Assembly (NCBI GenBank): GCA_013239625.1
Contig: MU054212.1
Span: 8,393,084 to 8,457,083 of the forward strand
DNA length: 64,000 nt
Direction of reading: 5' to 3'
Source: Lama guanicoe
Taxonomy: Eukaryota
Within the stretch, counting starts at the first letter, position 1. Each line of letters opens with the position of its first letter. Of this stretch, positions 53,190 through 64,000 are shown one piece after another. The position numbers were made by a program, and so were the translations under genes. The notes under the pieces were generated by a model. The model was not told the origin of the DNA. It searched no databases and saw nothing but the letters and a program-made list of their open reading frames with translations.

Positions 53190-53482
53190 TTTTTTTTTTT
53201 TGGCATTTCAAAACTGGCTTTAAATACTCATCAGGGTGCCAAAGGGACTAGGGTGAGAGCTTGTTACATGTGAGTGGGGGCTGGGGTGCCCTGAGAGAGA
53301 AGAGACCCATCCATCAGGGCAGTTGGGGTGCCTCACCTCCAAACTGGGATAAGGGAACAGAGTAGAGGCCCTCTTTGGAGGGTCCCAGGGCCAACCAGGA
53401 GCCAGCCCCCCCATTGAGGTAGATCATCGGGGAGGGAACCGAGGAGGAGCTCCCACGGTGGCGGTGATAGGCGGTCACTTCC
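53190..53482 (-). other. 3' UTR and poly(A) tail of the TIMM17B retrocopy
   Basis: About 280 nt after TGA ending ...gagtatttaaagccagttttgaaatgcc, then an A12 tract (T run 53190-53201 on plus), the hallmark of mRNA retroposition. Confidence 0.85.
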
Positions 53483-54001
53483 TCAGTGGTACTGCTGATA
53501 GCTGGGGTAGCCTGGGGCCGGGGTACCCTCCTTAGGGGGCAGCTGGCTGGGGTTCTCCAGGAATGGGGGTGCATTGCGGAACTGCTGGGCGGTGTAGCGA
53601 GTGAGGAGGATGCCAACACCCTCGATGAGGGCCAACAGGATGCCCCCCATCATGGCCGAGCCCACCATGGCCAGTGGGCCACTGCGGGCAGCCAGCACAG
53701 CTCCGGTCAATGCTCCACTAGTGATGGAGTTCCAAGGATCTTCCTTGCCCCGCAGTCGCACCAGACCACAGTCGATGGTGGAGAACAGGCCCCCCCATAC
53801 CGCGAAGCTACCTCCAATTTGAGGGGCTCGGATCCTCACAGCATTGACACTACCTCTCAGTCGGTGCCGAATTCCGACAGGGGCATTGCGGAAGCCCTTA
53901 ATGGCCTGGAAGACTCCACCGCCGATAACACCCATAGTGAAGGCTCCACCGCAATCATCCACAATTCGCCATGGGCAAGGCTCCCGAGCGTACTCCTCCA
54001 T
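53483..54001 (-). CDS. TIMM17B: Intronless retrocopy of mitochondrial inner membrane translocase subunit Tim17-B with intact 172-aa ORF (retrogene or young processed pseudogene)
   Basis: [24 protein letters not shown]...[10 protein letters not shown] is recognisably TIMM17B; no introns; gcgccATGG Kozak context; no stops or frameshifts. Confidence 0.93.
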   Translation of the reverse strand: MEEYAREPCPWRIVDDCGGAFTMGVIGGGVFQAIKGFRNAPVGIRHRLRGSVNAVRIRAPQIGGSFAVWGGLFSTIDCGLVRLRGKEDPWNSITSGALTGAVLAARSGPLAMVGSAMMGGILLALIEGVGILLTRYTAQQFRNAPPFLENPSQLPPKEGTPAPGYPSYQQYH

Positions 54002-54644
54002 GGCGCCGGCGTCCGGCCTCGCGGTCTGGCTAGATCGTAAGTATAGTATTGTTTTCATTTCGATGATGGGGTCACCACGGAACACACAGAGTCAACAACA
54101 ATAACAACAGCAGAGCGAACCCAGTGACAAAGAGCCACCCTCCGCTCACCACTGAGAAGTCCCTCTCGTGCTGGATCACGTGGCCCGATGTGTATCCATA
54201 TCTTACGGCAGAATCAGAGGACTCCCTCTCCAGTCTGCACACCATTTCCGGAGTAAACTGCCATTTGGCCGCGGATCAAAACGCTGCCCCGCTCCCTACT
54301 GCCTAGAGAGTTAAGCCCAAATGCCTTGCATCAAGGCTCTGGCCGGTTTTGAGACCCTGCCTCGACTCCATTGGTGTCCTTAGCCCTCCTTTTCCCCTAA
54401 GTGAGCTCTCTGCCGTGGCCACAGCCGCACTTTCATTGCCTCCTGAACACGTCAGATGCATTTCCACACCCATGCCACTCCCTCAGCTGGACTATTCCCC
54501 TGCCTCGATCCAGTCTCAGTCCCATCTCTCCTTCTCAACTCAGGTCTGACTTCCTCTTTGTAGCTTCCCTGGCAGGTATCCTGTGCTATTTCACATTCTT
54601 ATTTATGTTTTTATGTATCACCCTTATTATCCCAATAGGACCAG

Positions 54645-55118
54645 TGGTGGATTGTTTGCAAAACAACCACAATAATTTGTCCCCTGCCTAGATGTGTGTC
54701 CCTTTGCAGCGTGACTTGCCTTGGCCACTTCTGCCTTCAAGAGGCAGAGTCCATATCTTGACTCTTTCGAATCTGAATTTGATTCTAAATCTGACTTGTT
54801 CTGGCCAGTGGAATGTTAGAAAATCCTGAGACACTATAAGGAGCCTGGGTTAGCCAGAGAAGGATGGAAAAACACAAGGAGCAGAGATGGATCATCCCAG
54901 CTGACCAACCAAAGACAAGCTGTCCTAAACCAACCAGCTTGCCAGCTGCCAAGTGTTTGAGAGAAGCCATCCTGACTCATCCAGCACCAGTTAAGCTGTC
55001 CCGGACAGAAAAGCCATCCCAGCCAACCCAAGGAATTGTCAACAAACAAAAGATGTTTGTTTTTATATGCCAGTATATTTTGGGATGGTTTGTTATGCAG
55101 CAAAAGCTAATGAATACA
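54645..55118. mobile_element. MaLR LTR (MLT1F/G-like)
   Basis: gtggtggattgtttgcaaaac...ccagctgccaagtgtttgagag...ggtttgttatgcagcaaaagctaatgaataca. Confidence 0.7.
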
Positions 55119-57018
55119 AGATTCTAATCTCCATCAGATGTTGAGGTATGACCCAACTTACCTGAATCCTCAGAATCCAGTCTTGCAGATGATAGCTGGT
55201 CCTCAATAAAAGTTTGTTTTTGACGATAAAAATGCCAGTAAAGAATGATGAGAGCTGGAGTTTGAAGGAGGCCAGGCCTAGCCTTCAGAAAGGATGGAGA
55301 TCTGAGAGTAACTGGGAAAGCTGTTTCATGCTTGAAACATGGACTAAGCCAACTAGATGATATCAGAGTTCATGGTAACCTACCTTAACTCCGTGGAGTT
55401 TCTATCATGAAATTCCCTTCTCTCACAGGACTGTAAAGCTGTGCACAAACTTGGCCAACATACGCTGGATTCAACTGATGGAGTGTCAGGAAAGGGTTAC
55501 TCTTGGGAAGAGAGATGCAGCCTGGGGAGGGGGGTGAGATCTCACATTTTATCATTCATTCATCCATTTATTGAATGTTGACTGAACACCCACCATGTGC
55601 CTGGTGGTGTGCTGGGGACCAGGAGTAAAGAGAGGAGCAGTCTGATCCTGGTCTTCAAGAGGCTCTAGGTCTGGAGGGGAGAGGAGCATCAGGACACATC
55701 TGACTGCCTCCTGGCTCGAGTTCAGCCAGACAAGAGGTTAGTTAGAGGCTCCTGTCCTAGCGCTCGTTTTCCCAGACAAATTGACTGTTATTGGTTTACC
55801 TCTCCCACTCGTGGGAGCTTATAGACAATTTTCCAAGTCTTTAAGTTTTTATTTTCTGAACCAAATTGAACTTGTCTTAAGAAAACAAGTAAAAATGAAT
55901 TGTCCTTAATGGTATGATCATCTAACTCCTTCAGATGTAATGCAACTCTGTGTAGCTGGGTCCTGGGTGCCATGTGCTCCACCGTCAACACCTCGGACTG
56001 CGGTCAAGGACAAAAGACTGCCTGGATTCTCCGAAGGCTCAGTGACATCCTGCCTGATGGCCAAGGGCCTGATCGTGGCTCCCAGGTGGACTATCGTGAT
56101 GATATACCCCACCGCAGATTATCGGGCACTGAGTGCTTATTTGTTAAGTGCTCACAGTTTTAAATCCTATTGTTTCTCAGTGACCTCATTAGATAGGAAC
56201 CACTGATATTTCTCTTTCACAGATGAGAAATTGGAAGCACTAAGAAGTTAAGTAACTTGCCCAAGGTCACATAGCTAAGGAGGAACAGACCTGGAGCTTG
56301 ACCTCGGTGTTTTTGTTCTCATCTTTCATAAAGCTCACACCACTTTAGACCCAGCCTGTTTATAGCCCTGGGGAGACTGGTCTCCCTTCTTCCCCCCTGT
56401 TCCAGAGCTTCAGTGTCCTCGCGCCCCAGCACTTACTTGGGTGGTAACTGGCCTCCTGCTGTTTTCACTCTTAGAGGATTGGAAGTCCTTCTGACACAAC
56501 GCTTCACCTCTTGTTTGGTTTATCTTTCCTAAAGCTCAAAGCTAATAAGAGAGCCTGACCTGTTCCCTTCAGGCAGCTTCTGAATGAGAGCCTTCCAGAA
56601 CTGTCAGCCAACACTCAGCTGACAGCAGCCCAGCTCCAGGCTGCAAGTGACTCGGGGAGAATCTGGGAGGCTCACTGGCGCTCCTGTCCCAGTACCTGGC
56701 AGTAGTCACTGCCGGCTGAGTGAGGGAGTTCCTGCATCCAAGACCTGGGGAACGACCTCACCTGCCAAGCCAGTACCAGTCTTTTCTACTTTTAGTTACA
56801 GAAGTTTTTTAAAAAGAAGAAGAGAAAAACCTGGAGAGAGGTGGTCCCCAGCCCCTCCCCTTCTTTCTTCCTCCCTCTAGGACCACCTCCCTCCCTCTCC
56901 TCCCCTCTGAGCCCACCGCTTTCCTTCTCCATTCTCTCCCTCCCCCACAAGATCTCCTCTCCCTCTGGTGAAGTCCAGCCTATGGTAACTTCCTTCTAAT
57001 TCAGATTGGTGTTCCTGT

Positions 57019-57032
57019 GTTACCATGGCAAC
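57019..57032. promoter_or_regulatory. Consensus RFX X-box
   Basis: GTTACCATGGCAAC matches GTTRCCATGGYAAC; ATTGG (CCAAT box) at 57005-57009; half-site CCTATGGTAAC at 56979-56989. Confidence 0.55.
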
Positions 57033-58263
57033 CCGCTGCTCCCAAGGATTTCCAGCAGTCACTTTGCCCCTCTGTTTTTCATAGGAAATCTGCATTCTGC
57101 GTCTTGTCCTTCCCAACTCACCACTGCCAGTTTGAGCAAAACTCCGGCCCCAGGCTCTCCAATATTTTTAAGCAGCCATCTCTCTTTTATATCAACTGTG
57201 TTGATGTATTTTGAATAATTTTAGATGCAATATCAGTCAGTTTGGTTAATTCCAAATACATCAGTACCGTTTTCTCCTTGGAGCATACCTGGCTTACTTA
57301 GTGAGGGGTGGACAAGTTGGATTTGTACTTATGCAGAGGCATTGATAGGAGCTGACTTGTGCCTACTGAGCAGGGAAGTGGTTCCAATGCGACCGTTGGT
57401 GCCCCAGAGGGAAGGAGGGAACAAATCAGAAACCTGCCCCAAGAAAACTGTCCAGTCCACAAAAATACCAGAACTCAGCATCCTCTCCAAGCCCTTGCTG
57501 AGCAAAAGGTCCCAAATGTCGTGCAAAGAAAAGAATATGCCCTCTGAAAACAGGCAAACTTGAGTGTTATTCTCAACTCTGTTAATGAACTAGCTGTGCT
57601 AAGTGAGCTTGGGCGGGTTCCTTACCCTCTCTGAATCTCAGTAATCTTTCAAAGTTATTGGGAGAAACAGATGGGCCAATGCACATTAAAGGGCCTAAAG
57701 TAGTTCTCGGCACACGCTTAGTAGAAAGTAACTGCTGTATTCCAGTTCCTAGCGTGAGTGCTAGCACTAGTGTGAGTCCTGTGAGGCAGCATCGAGGTTC
57801 AAAGCTGAGCACCAGAGGCAGATAGCAAGGTTACCATATAATCAGGCTGCGCAGCTGGTAACCCAACCAGGTTCGTGGTGTGAACACCCCAAGGTTCAGG
57901 ATAGAAGCAGTCATGAGAAGCTAAGGCACCAAGACTCATCAGATGCTGTTACAGGAGCAACGTACTTGGGTTGTCAGGAGGGGAAACTGACCCAGCAAAG
58001 GAACCGGACACTGCCAGCATTCAGCATCCTCTCCCCTTCTCCTCGTGTGTCAGGCAGGCCGGGAACTGGGAGCGGAACAGTGAAAGGGAGAGAAAAGCCA
58101 GGTCCCTGCTCAGGCCCGGAAAAGAAGGCTGAGCACACACGAAAGGGGCCATTTGACCTGAGCTAGTTCAACAGGACCCTTGAATGTGGGGTTGGTTCCA
58201 AGCCCTGAACCTTCAACTTGAAAAATACGTCGTGCAAAAGATTCTTAAATGAGTGTGTAACAG

Positions 58264-58765
58264 GATGGACTGAAATAAAATACTCGACCTAAAAGTTGAA
58301 AGTTATGTTTTATTCGGCAGATTTTGTTGGGACTCAGCCCAGGACATAGCATCTCTGATCACTCTACGAGGCTGTTCCAAAGCAGCAAGGTAGAAGCCAG
58401 GATAAGTGAGTTTTTGCAACAAAGACCAGGTAGTTGGAACATCAAAAGATTACTGTTAAAGAAAACTAGATATCTCAAGTTAAAGGATTTAGCACTTTTC
58501 TATGTCTGAGAAGGTGAAAAGGTCTGGATTCATGGAAATCATTCCTTTGATATGCATCTAGCTCTCTAGGGCTGGTGTCCTGTTCTGCTACATCCCAAGT
58601 CCCCTCAGGGGGCACCGCTGGGGGTGGCCGCAGAGGCCGGGCTGCCTGCTTGTCTGCATTCTGAGTTCCCTCTGCTCACTGTCGGGGGTGGAGGTAGCGA
58701 CTGATGACTTGATGGCCACAGCATCCTTTGTTTACTGACAGAGCTGTCGATACTTTTCATTCACG
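58264..58765 (-). mobile_element. ERV1-class solo LTR (MER41-like)
   Basis: aaagttgaaagttatgttttattcggc...aacatcaaaagattactgttaaagaaaac..gatatctcaagttaa...gcatcctttgtttactga; AATAAA on minus strand about 58309. Confidence 0.75.
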
Positions 58766-59609
58766 CTGGTGAGAAATTTCTTGATGTTGATAACCACAGG
58801 GTCCATGTCAGCAGTGCTGTACCTACTAAGAGATTAGAATCTTCAAAAGCAAGACCAAGACCCCCTTCTAGGATATAGAAGAAAGGCTGGGAGAAGATCA
58901 AGTAAGACTAGTGGACCCTTATTAGGAAGCTGTTTCCCAGGCAGAGGTAGCAGGCAGTGGGGCAGAGAATCTGTTAGAAGGTGATAGGCTGATGTTTTAG
59001 AAGAATCTAGAGGGGAGATATTGTGGTTAAAGCCTCTCCTGAAGGTGGAGGAAGAAGGGAAGCCAGTTGAACTTGCAGAGGAAAAGAAACGCAGGTCTCA
59101 TGGGTTGGCCAGGTACTCCTCGGGAGGGAGCTGTGTGCACACTCTTGAACAGGACTCTGCCCAGAGACCGTCCCAGAGGAGCGGGACAGCCCAGCAGAGG
59201 TTCTTCCTGTGGTGGACTCAGGAGCCAGCAGGGAGTCATAAGTGGCCACCTGGAGGAAGCACCGTCCAGGACAGAAAACTGTGGCTGGGGGGATCCTGGC
59301 AAACTCACAGAAGACATTTATGAGAAGAAAACTAGCATTTGAACGTCACACAAAGGACACCACAGAGGACACCAAAGCCAGATGGCAATCATACAGATCT
59401 AGTAAGAACTTTTCTCTTCCCCTCGTCCTCCTCTCTCCTTGAGCCAACCCTGGAGAAGCTAGAGGCAGGACAAGGCAGTAGGGGGGAACCAGATGGAGAG
59501 ACAAAGGAGGGAAAACTGGTCGTCCACGCCTGCCCTCACACACTGCACGTCCCTAGCCAAGTATGGTCTTAACTGGGAAAAGGAGCTTAATCCAGGTGAA
59601 AGATAACAT

Positions 59610-60425
59610 TTTTTTTCTTTTTTCAGCTTTATTGAGGCATAACTGGCAAAAATTATATGCATTTAACGTGTACAACGTGATGGTTTCAAATAAATACACA
59701 TTGTGATCGCTACAATCAAGCTAATTGGCATTCATCACCTCACTTAGTTATCACTTTTTGGTTTTGTTTTCTTTTCATCCCCCGTGCCCCTCCCCTCTGG
59801 CAACCACCTTTTGTTCTCTGTAGCTATCAGTCTGTTTCTGTTTTGTTACGTTTGTTCATTTCTTTTATTTTTTAGATTCCACATATAAATGAAGGCGTAC
59901 TGTATTTCTCTTCCTCTGTCCAGCTTACCTCACTTAGCATAATACCCTTTAGGCCCATTCATGTTGTTGCAAATGGCAAGATTTCATTTTTTTTTAGGGC
60001 TGAAGGGCCATGTGATGTTTCATTGCATATCAATCTGCTGTCTGTCTATCGATCTATTTTTATCTTCTTTATCCATTCATCTATCAGTGGACACTTCCAT
60101 ATCTTAGTTCTTGTAGATAATGCTGCTATGAACGTATGGGTGCATATATCTTTTAGCATTAGCGTTTTTGCTTTCTTTGGAAAAGTACCCAAAAAAGGAA
60201 TTGCTGGACTGTATGGTGGTTCTGTTTTTTGAGGAAACGCCACACTGTTTCCCATAGCGGCTGCACCAATTTACAGTCCCACCAACAGTGCGTGAGTGTC
60301 CCCTTTCTGCACATCCTTGCTGATACTTGCCATTTGTGGTCTTCTTGATGACAGCCGTTCTGATAGGCGTGGAGTGATAGCCCACGATGGGTTTGGTTTG
60401 CATTTCCCTAATAGTTCCTGATGTT
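59610..60425 (-). mobile_element. L1 3' end (ORF2 C-terminus plus 3' UTR)
   Basis: Peptides PYSPAIPFLG..PKK.KTL..KDICTHTFIAAL.T..KIWK-CPLIDEWIKK; T-rich tail at about 59610-59625. Confidence 0.88.
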
Positions 60426-60780
60426 GCCCGTAGCCCTTCCCTCTGCTTCCATCTACATTCTTCCCCTCTCCTCTTTATTCAGTGAGCTTTTGCTTCACGG
60501 GGTCTTCTTTCTGTCCCCCTCACCGTCTTCTTTGGTAATTTGTTTTTTTACTGACTTGCAACACACATACAGGACAAGCATATATCATACATTTCAGTAA
60601 AATTTGTTCAGAAAGCCCCAGCTGGGCAGAAACATGTTGTGCCCTACAATGTCATCAAAACTTCAGAATAATGGATCAGGATGATATCACCTCAACAATG
60701 ATCAATCTTACATCACCCAAAACCCAGATAACCAGACCTTATATGCTTCATTATGTGATATAATAGAAAACGCGCGGTAC

Positions 60781-61477
60781 TGATGCAGGAAAATGGATGT
60801 GGGGGCTTGAGGAGGGCCAAGTCCCGGGTCTTGGTGGAACCCCTTGGACGTGCCCTGCCAGGTGTGGGTCCTTGGCTTCGCGCAGGAAAGAATTCAAGAG
60901 TGAGCCACAGTTGAGTAAAGGTAAGGTTGTTTCCGTAGTGTAGTGGTTATCCCGTTCGCCTCACACAGTTGAGTAAAGGTAGATTTATTTGGAGAGATAC
61001 ATACTGCATAGAGTGTAAGGCAAGAGAAAGGCAAGCAAAGAGGTTGGGTGCTCAGGTTGAAGTAAAAGTAGGTACACACTCCGTAGACAGAGTGCAGGCC
61101 ATCTCTGAAGAGGAGGGAGCGAAAAAGGGCAGCCAGGCGTGGTGTTGCCAGTTTTTAATGGGCTCAGTAGCTTCACACACCTACGGGTAAGACCATTCTA
61201 ACTACCCTGGAGAAGGAACTGGGATTTCCAGGAATTGGGCCACCGCCCATTCTTTGGCCTTTTGTGGTTAGCCTTGGGAGTGTCATGGCGCCCGCGGGCA
61301 TGTTATTTATCACGCTATTGCAATGAGCATATAATGAAGCTCAAGGTCTACTAGAAGTTAGACCTCCCACCAACTTAATCCTCAAGGCCAACTGGGAGTA
61401 GAATCTTCCACCATTTTGGTGTTAAATTGCTGTCATTCCTTGAATGGCTCTGCCCTGCCCCCTACCATCCTGTCTTA
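60781..61477. mobile_element. ERV1-class solo LTR hosting the tRNA-half insertion
   Basis: Starts TGATGCAGGA, ends CCTGTCTTA; near-TSD GTAC/GCAC; typical LTR text (cttggcttcgcgcaggaaagaattcaagagtgagcc; gggatttccaggaattgggccaccgccca). Confidence 0.75.
60924..60966 (+). pseudogene. Tailless retropseudogene: 5' half of tRNA-Val(CAC) with 5 extra 5' nt
   Basis: 60929-60966 GTTTCCGTAGTGTAGTGGTTATCCCGTTCGCCTCACAC equals nt 1-38 of mammalian tRNA-Val(CAC) with one mismatch (A24>C); flanked by the exact 18-bp direct repeat CACAGTTGAGTAAAGGTA (60906-60923 and 60964-60981); no poly(A). Confidence 0.9.
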
Positions 61478-61489
61478 GCACCTCCTTTG

Positions 61490-62130
61490 AAGTATGCTTG
61501 TCACATAATCAGCCTGCATCTCATCAAACCTCTGGAACCAACTACCAGTTTGTAAGAGATAAGGAACAGAAGAATGTGTTAAACAGTGCCACAGGGGTGC
61601 AAGCAGCCAAATCCAGAGCTTGGGAAATTCTACAGGATAAATGTCTTGGTTTCTACAAAAAGTAAACAGCAAAAAGAAAAGGAGTGTGGGAGGGGAAATT
61701 TAGAAATTGAAAAAGACTGAAAGACCTAGCAATCAACCAACTGGTGTATATAGAATTTGTTTAGGTCCTGATTTCAATATATCAACTGAAAAAAAAAACC
61801 TGTAGAAATCAGAGAAATTTGAACACTGAATGTTAGATGATATTAATGAATTAATGATAAGGTATGATAATGGTCTTCTTGTTCCGTTTTAAAAATAGAG
61901 TTTTCATCTCTTAGACATACATTTGGAAATATTTACAGATGAAATAATATGATAATTGGGATTTGCTTTCAAGTAATAGTTGGAGATCCAGAGGGAATGG
62001 GGAGGAGCAGAAGATAGAAGACTGGCCATGTGCTGACAGTGGTTGAAGCTGGACCCTGTGTACCTGGGGATTCATTACGCTATTCTCCCTACTTTTATGT
62101 AGGATGAGCATGTCCATAATAGAAAACGTT
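61490..62130 (+). mobile_element. Old L1MC-type 3' end
   Basis: gcagccaaatccaga..tgggaaattctacagga...gaaatatttacagatgaaataatatgat..ctggggattcattacgctattctccctactttt. Confidence 0.7.
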
Positions 62131-62199
62131 CTGTTTTCTGTACTTTTTTGAAGTAGGTTCCGGGAGGATAAGGACCTTGTATCTTCCTCCTTCTGGATT

Positions 62200-62583
62200 C
62201 CTTTCTCTAGGGCTATCATAACAAAGCACCACAGACTGGGGGTTTAAACAACAGAAATGTATTTTCTCACCGTCCTGGAGGCTGAAAGTCCAAGATCAAG
62301 GTATCGGCAGTTTGGGTTCCTTCCAAGGGCCAAGAGGGGAGGATCTGTTCCAGGTGCCTCCTTGCTCGTAGACGGTTGTCTTCTCCCAGTGTCTTCACAT
62401 CATCTTCCCTTGGTTATTGGTGTCAGTATCCAAATCTTCCTTTTCTTATAAGGATACCAGTCACGTTGGATGGGGGCCCACTCTAATGACCTCTTTTAAC
62501 TTAACTACCTCTGTAAATTTTGACTCCAAACACAGTCACATTCTGAGGACTTCAACATATGGATACAGTTCAGCCCCTAACAC
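62200..62583. mobile_element. MaLR LTR (MLT1A/B-like)
   Basis: ctatcataacaaagcaccacagactggg..aaacaacagaaatgtatt...gttcagcccctaaca. Confidence 0.8.
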
Positions 62584-64000
62584 TGACCTATCCCCAGCCC
62601 TGGGTACAGTGCCTGGAAGGTAAAGGGGCTGTAGTAACTGTTTTTTGAATGTATCAATGACTGTTAGAAGACAGCAGCTGGGCAGCAAGGCCGCGCTGCC
62701 TGAATCCTCGGCTCTCCGCAATGGCTTCTTGCTGTAGTTTTAATGATGGCGGTTCTTTCCTTCCAGGCTGTGGGCTGGAGTTTGTAGCTGTGGCGGGGAG
62801 GGGTTAGTTAGCAGGAAAACAAGGCAAGGCCGATGAGCGTAGGGTTGGGTTTTACAGCCACCACAGCTCTGACAGCCTCCACCATATGCTCTGATTGCCT
62901 GGCAACACGGTTCTAGTCGGAGGCAAGACAGTCAGGCAAGACTGAGTACAATGCCCCAGGCAGGGTCCAGGGGCCTGGCAGGTCTTGCGTTCCCCAGACT
63001 TGATACTTTCTCCAATCACAATCGCCCACTTAATCTCAAGCTAATGAGCCCTCAGGCCCATGCCTTTAAAGGTGAGGAGGAGAAACTGGTTATCATTGAC
63101 AGATTGGAGTTCCACACCGAAATGTTTAAAAGTCAATAAGGTCTCTTTAATTCAGTTCTGCACATTAATAACCAAAGTGAAACAAGAACATATCTGCAAT
63201 AAAAATGTACAATAAAATCCTTTCAGTCTCAAATACGTTTTACTCCTTAACTGTAGATCCATTTAGTCCTTCGATTTTTGCCTGTGATGTAAAAGAATAA
63301 GAGAAAATGAACCAATTCAAAGATATTGAATATATGACCTATTTTAAAATTATGTTTAAAGCCTCTAAATCAGTCAATTACAGCAATTTTAAAGCATTTA
63401 GGATAAATGCTATTTGGCTTGGCTCTTTCTTTCCTTTCCTTTTAATTTCTGGCCTTCAGATTTTAAAAACTCATTCCAATTTTTTAAGATAATTTTTCCC
63501 CAATTATAAATTCTTCATGTTCATTGAAGAAAATTTGGAAGACACAGAAAAGCATAAAGAAAACATTTAATCCCATCCTCAGAGAGACCCAGTGTTAACA
63601 TTTCAGTGTATTTTCTTCCAGTTGTTCAGTTAAATATTTATTCTGTATGTAGTACTTTGATTCCAATTTGGCATCATACAAAGTCTTTTCCACGTGCCAT
63701 TACAGTTTCTTGTAAATATTATTTTTTCTCTTTATTTACAAATCTTAAAGGTACAGATTGATGAATCTTGACATATGTATGCACCCATGTAAGCATCATC
63801 CAGATCTCTATATAAAATATTTCCAACACTTTAGAAGGCTCCCTTTTGCTCCCTCCAATTTTGCCTATACTTGATCTTGGTTTAAGTGAAGCCATGTCAC
63901 AAGTATACTTTTGTAGCTGACTTCTTTCACTAAATATTAGCTGTATGAGATTTAGCCATGTTTTTGAATATTCCAGTATTTTATTCTTTTTTTGTTTTGT

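Noticed and set aside
50716..54056. 12-bp inverted match GAAAACAATACT (50716-50727) / AGTATTGTTTTC (54045-54056) as a displaced TSD from an inversion
   Set aside because: An AT-rich 12-mer can occur by chance, and it would need an inversion breakpoint exactly at the poly(A); no other support.
54059..54085. Extension of the TIMM17B ORF to 200 aa in the ORF track
   Set aside because: Begins at a GTG; the first true in-frame ATG is 54058 and the canonical start is 54001.
53486..54104. Plus-strand ORFs antisense to the TIMM17B copy
   Set aside because: Shadow ORFs of a GC-rich coding sequence.
60929..60966. Functional tRNA-Val gene or retroviral primer-binding site
   Set aside because: Only the 5' half is present (no B box or acceptor 3' strand); a PBS complements the tRNA 3' end and lies outside the LTR.
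1..64000. CRISPR array or prokaryotic operon/defence system
   Set aside because: The sequence is eutherian genomic DNA with spliceosomal introns and mammalian repeats; no repeat-spacer array seen.

Overview
Mammalian genomic DNA, probably from a camelid, since it carries a Vic-1-type tRNA-derived SINE. It holds the complete 5-coding-exon INO80C gene (minus strand, CDS 35802->19667, 192 aa) with its CpG-island promoter. It also holds an intact, intronless, poly(A)-tailed retrocopy of the normally X-linked TIMM17B (minus strand, ORF 54001->53483, 172 aa), within a usual background of L1, L2, MIR, MaLR/ERV LTRs and MER DNA transposons. Three observations stand out. (1) Downstream of INO80C (about 27-16800, minus strand) is a chain of decayed coding-like segments whose motifs match, in order, the CxC/KDZ (Zisupton-derived) region of HMGXB3. 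This may be an unannotated fossil HMGXB3-like gene or transposase; the match is by eye against a remembered sequence and needs HMM confirmation. (2) The TIMM17B copy may be a functional out-of-X retrogene: it has a CpG-rich upstream flank, an in-frame upstream ATG and a consensus RFX X-box about 3 kb upstream. (3) A tailless 5' half of tRNA-Val(CAC), with a possible 5-nt leader and an 18-bp target-site duplication, sits inside an ERV LTR at 60924-60966. Repeat family names are by-eye calls and their boundaries are approximate unless TSDs/TIRs are given.
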